A stretch of DNA of 64,000 bases from Eledone cirrhosa (Eukaryota). This document shows, piece after piece, positions 54,626 to 64,000 of the stretch. Where the stretch lies: the NCBI GenBank assembly GCA_964016885.1, contig OZ024745.1, positions 48,298,001-48,362,000 of the forward strand, given 5' to 3'. Position 1 is the first letter of the stretch. Every line of letters begins with the position of its first letter. The notes under the pieces were generated by a model. The model saw only the letters and a list, made by a program, of their open reading frames with translations. It was not told the origin of the DNA and ran no database searches. The position numbers and the translations under genes are program-made.

Positions 54626-56690
54626 TAGCCTAAAGCCCAATCATCCCCCCCCCCCCTCTTCTGCGACACTAGAGCTCTTGCCATCCCTTCCTCTACCCTT
54701 TTTTTCTTTCTTTTGTTTCCTTTTCTATTAAACTGTATTCACAAGATATACTCTATAAATAAAAATATTACTATTAAAAAACAGAAAGAAATGAGCTATC
54801 TAGCTCCTGACCATATTAACTGTTTTGTTACCCTATTTAGAATAAAATACACTGCTTATGATTTTCTATTGATTTTTAAAATATAAAAAAAAAACTGGAG
54901 TGATTTAGTAATATAATTAAACTTTATTTTTTTGTTATTATTATTATGTGTCATGAACGTGATAACTCTTAGTAGATTATTAACGATTGCCGAGATAAAT
55001 GAAAACACTACCAGACAGCGAGTTATCTTGGATTATTTTACATTTAATCTCTATGTTTACAATAGATAGTGATTTACTGCAGTTAGTTAGATATGAAAGC
55101 TGTTATACTAGGAAGGGCTGGTAACATACATTCATATCTAAACACTACAGGAATGAGGACTGGTGACTTGCAGTTCTAGAGAAGACTCAACTACTAGCGT
55201 AAAAAAATGATAAATGATGTCCCATTATATCCACTAACAGAAAAACCACCTTTGGGTGGTTTTTCTATTAGTATGTGTAGTGTGCATATTGATATTGTAC
55301 GCAAGTATATATGCATGTAGATATTATACATCAAATAAAATCGTAATTGGCAATATACACAGAAATTGATAGAAGACTGCGTTACACTGTCTTAAGATGA
55401 TATTATATATAAACTGCATTAGGAGAAAATTAGTGACGGAAATATATGAATTTTTATTTACGCGATCGCTAACCGGAAGTGTTGATATTTGAAAATTTTA
55501 AAGAAGTGAATCTTTAAATAAGTATTAAAATATATTTAATGAACAGCCACGAAATTATTTATATTTAATCAAGAATAACGAAATTTAGTAGATAAATTAT
55601 GTAATATTCATTCATTATTTATTCAAAGTAATCCAACTTATTTTACAAACGGGATAAAAAAATATATTATGGACACAGTCCCACATTCCTCCCTTTATTA
55701 TTATGATCATAATCATTTCACATTTGTTTTTATTATAGTTTAGATTACTCCTACTCCACACAAACCCCTTCTAGTAACTATTCTCACCACCCACTGTGTC
55801 CGTGACTATTCCCATCACACTTATATTTCACCTATAGCACTATACTTTCTCACCCCTTTTCTTCCTCATATCATCCGTCTTAAATCCCACTACACGTGTG
55901 ATACACTCATGACATCATACTTATCTTACCTTCTCAACTTCTAACCACATCTGACTTGGTGCAAGTCATTCTCCTCCTCCTCACACATACAGTTGAGACA
56001 ATTCTTCAGACATGTCACCATCATGACATCTCTAGTGTTAGTCCCATGAAAAGTGCACCTACAACACTCTGTAAAGTGGTCAGTGTTAGGAATGGCATCT
56101 AAGTGTAAAAAATCTGTCAAATATAGTATTGTGTGTACTCTTCAGTCGTGTAAGGGGCATGGCAACCTCAATAGCTCTGGAGCCACAATCAAACACACCC
56201 AGTACATTCTAAAAAGCACCCAGTCCACCCTGTAAGGTCTTGCTGGTGCCATGACAAAAAAATCACCCAGTTCACCCTACAAGATGGCTGTACTTGTGCC
56301 ACAACAAAAAGAACTCAGTCCACCTATTAAGATGATTGTGCTAGTGCCATGAAAAAAGCTTCCAAAACACACTAATGTGGTTAGTATTAGGAGGGAGATC
56401 CAGCTATAGAAAACCAAGCCAAAATTGGATTGTATAAACACAATGTGGTCACTAGGCTTGTCTGGCATCATAATCAGACAGTCTGTCTAACCCATGCAAG
56501 CATATGGAAATTAGACATTGAATGGTCATGATGATGATGATGACATACACACACACACACACACACATACACAATGCAAAAAATAGTATTTATTTAAAAT
56601 TAACAAAATTAAAATGAACAATAAACAGTCTCAGAAACTTATCACATTATACAGGCCTGACAATAATTCAACTGAAGAGATATTTCTCTA

Positions 56691-56919
56691 TTAACCCTTT
56701 AGTATTTATACCAGCCATATCTGGCCAGAATTCTCTCACCTCTTTCTGTTCAAACCGGCTGTAATCAGCTGCTCATACCAATGTTAAAATATTGTTCTCA
56801 AAATAAATAATATCAAAATCTCGTAGATTCGATATTATATGAGATAATTATGTACGATAAAGCCTTTACCACAAAAATACAATATCGTATATAGAGTAAT
56901 GTAAATGCTAAAGGGTTAA
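56691..56919 (+). mobile_element. piggyBac-like MITE
   Basis: TTAA-CCCTTTAGTATTTA ... TAAATGCTAAAGGG-TTAA (TTAA TSD plus TIRs). Confidence 0.88.
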
Positions 56920-57036
56920 AATATAAAAAGTAAAATAGTAATGCTGTATATGACTATCAATGGCAAAGCTGAAGGAAAATACCTCAATGGTGCATTCTTC
57001 TCTGCTCACTTAACCTTTTAGCATTCACATTACTCT

Positions 57037-59456
57037 CATCATCATCATCATCATCACCGTTTTACGTCCGTTCTTCCACGCTAGCATGGGTTAGACGGGT
57101 TGTCCTGTTGTGGGCAGTGTCTGGTCGGCTGACCATGCCTTGCTCATACAGGAACTGATCTGGCTTGATTTCTACAGCTGGATGCCCTTCCTAACACCAA
57201 CCTCATTTACAGTGAGTGCTGGGTGCTTTTTCGTGGCGCCTACACGTCCACTTTACAGTGTGGGCTGGGTGCTTTTTTGCCGTGGCACCTCCACGACCAC
57301 CTTGCGGTGGGGGGGGGGCATATTGTTTATATGCTTCAGCATGTACCCATGGGAGGTCGGGTACCCTGTATTACTGCGTGACGCCAGAAGTCACGGTCGT
57401 GTGTCATTGACTTTGAGAGGTGTAGTTGGGTAAGGTCGGCTTTTATCACCTCATCCCAAGTCATCTTGGGTCTCCCCACTCCGCGGTTTCCATCAACTTC
57501 TAGTGCTCTGCACCTTTTTATGCAGCTGTCATCCTTCATACGCATCACATGTCCATACCAGCGTAACCGCCTCTCCTGCACGCAGCATTTGATTCCTCTT
57601 ATGCTCAGTCTCTCTCTCAATTCCTTTATGCTTTGTCGTTCACGTATATTACTGTTACACATCCATCGGAGCATGCAGGCTTCGTTTCTCTCTAATCTAC
57701 GTAAGTCTTCCACCTTCAGCGCCCAGGTCTCACTACCATGCAACATCGCTGTTCGGATACACGCATCATACAGTCTGCCTTTCATTCTGAGGGAGAAGCC
57801 TTTTGCAGCTAGCAGTGGTAGTAGTTCCCTAAACTTCTTCCATCCCGTTCTTACCCTAGTTATTGTACTTTCTGAGCACCCACCTCCGTTGCTAATTCGG
57901 TCACCTAGGTAGCAGAAGCTGTCTACTGTTTCTACAGGGCCCTCCCAGAGATTGGTGGTACTTGTTTCCTGTGGCTGTTTGCTTGCTGTTTCAGCACAGC
58001 TGCTGCATGTGAATCCTACATTCTTAATTAAGCTTCCTGAGATCCCGCTACATCTCTTGTGTACCCATTGTTTGCATTTGGGGCAGAGAATGGAGTTCCT
58101 ACCTACACCTTTCCTACATACTGAGCAAGGCCATTTCCCTGAGGGGATCTGGGTTCTGTTTTCTCGTCTACTTATAAGGACCTTAGTCTTTGTCATGTTG
58201 ACTTTGAGGCCCTTTCTCTCTAGTCCCTGCTTCCAGGTTTGGAATTTATTCTCTAGTTCTACCATAGATTCAGCTATGAGTGCGAGGTCATCAGCATACA
58301 GGAGTTCCCATGGGCATCCGGTCTTAAACTCCTCCGTTATTGCCTGCAGGACTATGATGAACAGGAGAGGGCTAAGAACAGAGCCCTGGTGGACCCCAAC
58401 CTGTACGCTAAATTCCTCGCTATACTCATTGCCAATCCTAACTTTGCTGACTGCTCCCCTATACATGGCTTGTACCGCTTTCACAAGCCATTCATCTACT
58501 CCTAGTTTTCTAAGAGCCCACCAGATTACTGCACGTGGAACTCTGTCAAAGGCTTTCTCAAGGTCGACAAATGCCAAGTAGAGTGGCTTACTTTTAGCTA
58601 GGTACTTTTCCTGTAATTGCCTCACAAGGAAGAGGGCATCAGTGGTGCCTTTCCCTGGTACAAACCCAAATTGCATCTCGTCTATATTCACCCGGTCCCT
58701 AATCAGCTGTGCTATAACTCTTTCTGTTACTTTCATGACCTGGTCCATCAACTTTATACCTCTATAGTTTCCTCTATCTAGTGCATCGCCTTTACCTTTG
58801 TAGCAGTTGACAATGATGCTACTGCACCAATCTTTTGGTATGGCCCCCTCTAGTATTACCTGGTTAACGATACGTGTGGTTATAGTGTGACCTACAGACC
58901 CAGATGCCTTCAGCATCTCGGCAGCTATACCCGATGGACCGGTTGCCTTCCCTATCTTCATATCTCTGATTGCCTTACTTACTACGCTGCCGCTGACTTG
59001 TACTGCTGGTCCCTCTATAGGGTCTACGTGGGGTAGGGTCTCTTCTTCCCATGCATTCTCCTCATTTAGTAATCTATCATAATGACTCTTCCATGCATCT
59101 TTCTTCTCAGCACTTGTGAGGGCAAGCTCACCTTTATCATTCCGGATACACTTCTCTCCAATGACATCACAACTATCTCTGACACACTGCCTCGCAATCT
59201 TGAATACCTCCTGTTTCTGGTCCTCACGTTGTAAAACATGCTTGAATTTTCTATCCTCTGCTTCCCTCCTAGCTAAGTATACTTGTCGCCTAGCTTCCCT
59301 CTTGGTCTCTATGTAATGTACCCTGCTCCCCCCGTTCTTCCATTCTTTCCATGCCTGTCTCTTGGCCTTGACTGCTTCATCTACCTTATTGTTCCACCAC
59401 CAAGTCACTCTCCTCCTGCTTGAGGTCTTACTCCAGCCACAAACCTCATCCGTCGC
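57037..59456 (-). mobile_element. Young 5'-truncated RTE-clade LINE with 3' UTR and (ATG)n tail
   Basis: Uninterrupted RT ORF, ~300-bp 3' UTR, (CAT)n on the plus strand at 57037-57056. Confidence 0.95.
57336..59408 (-). CDS. RTE reverse transcriptase with an embedded PHD-like finger (endonuclease lost by 5' truncation)
   Basis: WWWN, NYRGIKL, QFGF, DLEKAFD, HQGSVLSP, YADD, C-x2-C...C-x2-C-x4-H-x2-C...C-x2-C, RRLRWYGHV, GRPK. Confidence 0.93.
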   Translation of the reverse strand: MTWWWNNKVDEAVKAKRQAWKEWKNGGSRVHYIETKREARRQVYLARREAEDRKFKHVLQREDQKQEVFKIARQCVRDSCDVIGEKCIRNDKGELALTSAEKKDAWKSHYDRLLNEENAWEEETLPHVDPIEGPAVQVSGSVVSKAIRDMKIGKATGPSGIAAEMLKASGSVGHTITTRIVNQVILEGAIPKDWCSSIIVNCYKGKGDALDRGNYRGIKLMDQVMKVTERVIAQLIRDRVNIDEMQFGFVPGKGTTDALFLVRQLQEKYLAKSKPLYLAFVDLEKAFDRVPRAVIWWALRKLGVDEWLVKAVQAMYRGAVSKVRIGNEYSEEFSVQVGVHQGSVLSPLLFIIVLQAITEEFKTGCPWELLYADDLALIAESMVELENKFQTWKQGLERKGLKVNMTKTKVLISRRENRTQIPSGKWPCSVCRKGVGRNSILCPKCKQWVHKRCSGISGSLIKNVGFTCSSCAETASKQPQETSTTNLWEGPVETVDSFCYLGDRISNGGGCSESTITRVRTGWKKFRELLPLLAAKGFSLRMKGRLYDACIRTAMLHGSETWALKVEDLRRLERNEACMLRWMCNSNIRERQSIKELRERLSIRGIKCCVQERRLRWYGHVMRMKDDSCIKRCRALEVDGNRGVGRPKMTWDEVIKADLTQLHLSKSMTHDRDFWRHAVIQGTRPPMGTC

Positions 59457-59739
59457 CTCTATATATACTATTATATTTTCAAGGTAAAGGCTTTACCTCA
59501 CATAATTATCTCACATAATATGGAATCTATGAGATTTTGAAAGTATTTATTTTGAGAACAATACCTTAACATCAGTTTGAGCGACCAGTTACAGCCAGTT
59601 TCAACAGAAAAGGGTAGAGAGTTTTGGCCGGTTTGAACATTAAAGGGTTAATCCTTGACAAGTCATGGCAACAGAGTCTTCAAGCATGCCTTCCAGCAGG
59701 TCCTGTCAGAAGTAACTATCTCCAATTGATCCAGCTGCA

Positions 59740-60960
59740 TATGATTATCAATGGTAGAGCTGAAAGAAAATACTTCAGTTGTTCATTCTGCATGATAAAA
59801 ATACAAAGTAGAGTCTCACATATGTGATGATACATTAAGTAAAAAAACTTTGATTAGATGAAATTATCCTTGCAATTAGAAGACAATATTCCCTTTATGG
59901 GCTTGTAAAATCTTACTAGTTAAAGAATTTTTTTTAATGACAGCGATATTTTTCTAAGATTAAACTAAATGTTCTAGTCTTTGCATCAGTCCTACCATTT
60001 ATCTTCCTTAAAGACATTTCATTTGAACAAATGCATATATGAACCCATATACAATATGTTTATACATAATAAACATGTTTTTAGTCTCATATTTTAAGCT
60101 GTGACTTCAGCATCAGGGTAAGAGTGGTGGATGCATGCATTTCATTGTTGTTACAGTTTATCACCACTCATTTACTTACCCCCAGATGTTGAAGAAAAAA
60201 GATTAATATCTTCACAGAGATTTTGTAAACAAATTATGCTTAGTGAAGTCTTAATCACATCTTGCACAATCTTGACTTGCTAGTGTTCGGTAGTAATGAC
60301 ATGAATGCAATGTAATTCAGATTAAAAGCTTATATGAACACATATACAATATGTTTATATATAGTAAACATACATTAAGTCTTATTGTGAGTATTTTAAA
60401 CTGTGATCATGTCACTTTTACTACAGCCTTCATTTACTTTATTTTCCATGGCATTATAGATATTACGACATCTCACAATAAAGATGTTGATTCCTTTGAT
60501 AATATATACAGGTTGCTGTTACTGTTTTATCTCTAATCAACTTTGATAGACCAAACAGATTATCAAAGGCTTTCAAATCAGGGCTAATGTTGACCTTTTG
60601 TATATCAGGTAATAGCTTGTCCAATGTATCTTTCTTTAATTAGCACTTTTGACTCCAGCTTGGATAACATCCATGAGCTCAGTTGGTCTTGCTTGGGGAT
60701 CCAGCTGGATCAATTGGAGATGGTTGCTTCTGACAAGACCTGCTAGAAGGAGTGTTTTAGGACTCTGATCCCATGGCACTGCCAGGAATAAGCGGGCGAT
60801 TACAATGACGACAACTCCAAGTTGCCTGAAACTGCCTCTAGTTTTATAATACGAAACCTCTTTTGAAGTGTTCATATTTAAATTCAAACCTTCTGTTATA
60901 ATTTTCTCTAAAAGTCTCCTCCCATTAACCATGACCCAAACTTTACTACTAGGAATCATA
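59740..60960 (-). pseudogene. Possible decayed coding sequence of unknown origin
   Basis: Several collinear protein-like frames separated by stops, frameshifts and an RTE fragment. No family recognised. Confidence 0.3.
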
Positions 60961-60999
60961 GAGGCATGAGTGAGCAGTAGAAGTATTGAGATGTTAATA

Positions 61000-61812
61000 C
61001 ATCATCATCATCATCATCATCATCGTTTAATGTCCATATTCCACGCTTGCATGGGCTTGGACGGGAGTTTTCCCACTTGAGGCAAGAGTGGTTGTCTTGC
61101 TTGCATAGGACTGTCTGGCGGGTTTTCTACGGCTGGATGCCCTTCCTAACACCAACCACATTTACTGTCTGGAACTGGGAGGTTTTTACCGTGTTGCCTA
61201 CACGGCCACATTACAGTGTGTTTTTTTTGTCGTGACACCTACACAACCTCATTTGTTTCGGGCTGGATGTTGTGACACCAACATAACTTTACATTGAAAG
61301 GGGTGGTGTGGATGGGGTGGGGGTAGTGGGACGGGGGTGTATTTTGTTAGAGGTGCCTACTGACTGTAGTAGGTTTCACTTTGTACTTAGGTATAATACA
61401 GTTAAAGATTATGACAATTTCAGAGATGTAGTAGCATTTGCCATGCAGCTTTTTCACAGATGGTGGGCATCCAGCTGTAGAAAACCCTCCAGACAGTCCT
61501 ATACGAGCAAGACAACCAATCTTGCCTCACGTGGGATAATTCCCGTCTAAACCCATGCTAGCATGGAAGATAGATGTTAAACGATGATGATGATGATGAT
61601 ATATAGGTCATTGTGCTGGTGCCACAAAAAAAGCACCCAGTCCACTCTGTAAGGTGGTTGGCATTAGGAAGAAGATCCAGCCGTAGAAAACCAAGCTAAA
61701 AGAATGAATGTAATAAGACATGGCCACCTAACTTTGTTTGACCTCATAACATTACAACCCATCTAACCCATGCAAGTATGAAAAATGGATGTTAAAAGGT
61801 GATGGTGATGAT
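61000..61812. mobile_element. Cluster of RTE-tail-derived SINE fragments in both orientations
   Basis: GGATGCCCTTCCTAACACCAACC, AACCCATGCTAGCATGGAA and (GAT)n tails. Similar pieces at ~3740-3945, 12590-13060, 38190-38530, 56050-56545 and 63420-63590. Confidence 0.7.
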
Positions 61813-62299
61813 ACAAACACTAGCTTAATAATGAAATGGTCACTTATTTTACTAAATTCCTCCAAATTCTTTCCAAAATTCATTGAAACAAAAGCAGTAT
61901 TTTTCATTAAAAATATGGTCACGAAATAGTGTGATTTGGGTGTTATTTCTAGCAGATAAATCTAGCTAAAACTCCTTCCTTGGCTATATTTCAATATTTG
62001 TACTTCTGATGTATGATTTGTCCTTGCTTTAAAGCAGAAATCTGTTTCAAGATCAAGGTTTTAAAAACATTATCTGTTTACCTGATAATTAATCCAATGT
62101 TTTGTTGACCATATGAGCTAGCTTTCACTAGAAAATATTTAAAAAATCACTCAATGTTGAAGCCTACTTACGTTTTTTGTTTGTTTTGTTTTTTATGATG
62201 CTCTCTACTTCTTTAATCTTAACCTGCCAGTTACCTTTACTTATGTCCCAGTTATTGTGTGATTATTCTAAACTGATATTTGATTTGTACTGATAGGTG

Positions 62300-62585
62300 C
62301 TGACATGGCTATAGGCACATGCATGGTTATATGTATAGGCATGGTTATATGTATAGGCAGGATTATAGGTACAGACATAGCTATAGGTACAGACATGGCT
62401 ATAGACACAGACATTGCTATAGATACAGACACAGCTATAGGCACAAACATGGCAATAAGTATAGACATAGCTATTGGCACAGACATGGCTACAGATACAG
62501 ATATGGCTAAAGACAGGCATTGCTATAAGTATAGACATAGCTATAGACACATACATGACTATTGATACAGGCATAGCTATTGGTG
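62300..62585 (+). repeat. 18-bp minisatellite, ~15 copies
   Basis: Unit close to ACAGACATAGCTATAGGT. Confidence 0.9.
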
Positions 62586-62594
62586 CTAGTATGA

Positions 62595-62725
62595 CTGTGT
62601 GGTCAAGAAGTCTGCTTTTCAATTCAAGTTCAATCCTATTGTATAGCACATGTCTTCTATAACCTCAGGACAACCAATAATTTGTGAATGAAATTTGGTT
62701 GAGGTAAACTATGTGGAAACCTATC
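62595..62725 (+). mobile_element. Third tRNA-SINE family, degenerate (also ~6175-6330 and 12370-12500)
   Basis: Shared GTGGTYAAGAA head, GTGTCTTCTA and TTGTGA.TGAA...AAACT.TG.GGAA segments. Confidence 0.55.
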
Positions 62726-63702
62726 ATATATATATATATATATATATATAGTAATAATAGTAATAATAATAAATTTGAAGACTAAAATCCAAAGAGGGCT
62801 CGATAAGGATAAATATATATCAAATATATAAGAACCGTAGTGCAAATATTTATTAAATTAGCTATAGGCACATGCAAAGATTCTTTGCTTAAACTTTTAA
62901 TAAATATAAACCTAAGGTTTCAAGGTCCAATATTGTCTATATCTCCAGGTTGTAAGAGGATCAAAATTGTGACATAATCTTCAGGTGCTTAAACAAGTTT
63001 TTCTACAGATATTTTCTATATATAATAACAGTTGACAAGATCACTTAACGAGTGGGGTGGAGCAATGAGGAAACAATGATTCCATTGGTCTTTCCAATTA
63101 CTAATTTTTACTGGTCGCAAATCCAGGCAGAAAGAGCAATGTGAAATAAAGTGTCTTGCTCAAGTACATAATGCACCGTCTGGTCTGAGAATCAAACTCA
63201 CAACCTCACAATTGCAAATCCAATTCTCTGCCCACTCAGCCACGTGCCTTCACTTTAATGTGTGTGCGTGTATACATTTACATGTGTGTTTATTGTCTCC
63301 AAATATGTTTCCACGTTGACACCACTTAATGGATGCTATTTGTTTATGCCTCACATACACATGTTTCACACCTTAGTAGTTTGACGGATGATAATCAGTG
63401 GAATAAATAGCATAAGTTAGGTTTGGCATCAGAAAAGGAATCTGGCTGCAGAATACCTCTGCATGTGGTAAGAAGTGACTGAAAGGATTAGTATCAGGAA
63501 GGCTATTTGGCTGTAAAACATTGCCTCAAAATTTCTTTCCAGCTCATGCCAGCTTTAAAAAGTCAATATTAAAGCGATGATGATGATGTTTCTGTGGTTC
63601 AACATACAGCATTTAGTTGGGAAATACAAGCTTTTCTTTGTTTTGTTTCTTTTTCCCCACTATATTCTCAAAATTTTATGGTAACTTAAGTCTTGTTGGT
63701 CT

Positions 63703-63916
63703 TTAACACTTTAGCACTTAAACCGGCTGTATCTGGCCAGAATTCTCTCACCTCTTTCTGTTCAAACTGGCTGTAACTGACCACTCATACCGATGTTAAG
63801 GTATTGTTCTCAAAATAAATAATATCAAAATCTCATAGATTCAATATTATAAGATAAAGCCTTTACTGTGAAAATATAATAGTAAATATAGAGTAATGTA
63901 AATGCTAAAGGGTTAA
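63703..63916 (+). mobile_element. piggyBac-like MITE
   Basis: TTAA-CACTTTAGCA ... AATGCTAAAGGG-TTAA; body matches 56691-56919. Confidence 0.88.
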
Positions 63917-64000
63917 AATTCTAGGGTTTTTTTCTTTTGTGGTTGCCTTATAATCAAGGCAGCAAATTGGTAAAGTTATTAGGACATTAAATTAAATGTC

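Larger units (their letters stand above)
57010..59651 (-). mobile_element. piggyBac-like MITE split by an RTE insertion (halves 57010-57036 and ~59457-59651)
   Basis: The halves join to give the reverse complement of 56691-56919, with TTAA at both outer ends. Confidence 0.85.

Noticed and set aside
55233-55270. Terminator-like hairpin AGAAAAACCACC-TTTG-GGTGGTTTTTCT
   Set aside because: Rho-independent terminators do not apply to eukaryotic nuclear DNA; probably part of an unclassified repeat.
57466-58581. Plus-strand ORFs of 148 and 209 aa (and 25218-25814 minus)
   Set aside because: Antisense shadows of the RTE reverse transcriptase frame.

Overview
AT-rich eukaryotic, repeat-dominated DNA. 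The SINE/LINE/MITE mix suggests an octopus or other coleoid cephalopod; this is inference from repeat families only. No host gene can be called with confidence, only a few candidate exons. The window holds a nearly intact CR1-group LINE (CCCH-finger ORF1 plus APE-RT ORF2 with one premature stop), a young 5'-truncated PHD-containing RTE LINE and two partial copies, and two Penelope-like element (PLE) fragments (Naiad-type and Neptune-type GIY-YIG). It also holds CRE-clade and mariner remnants, a non-autonomous Helitron, hAT, piggyBac and Tc1-type MITEs, tRNA-derived SINEs, minisatellites and a ~20 kb (TA)n field (18.2-38.0 kb). The most notable signal is RNA-level: at least 11 type I hammerhead ribozyme (HHR) motifs from several unrelated sequence families. 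One is a ~440-nt retrozyme-like unit with octamer (ATGCAAAT) boxes upstream of its ribozyme, present in inverted and direct copies. Most long ORFs in the supplied track are microsatellite artefacts.
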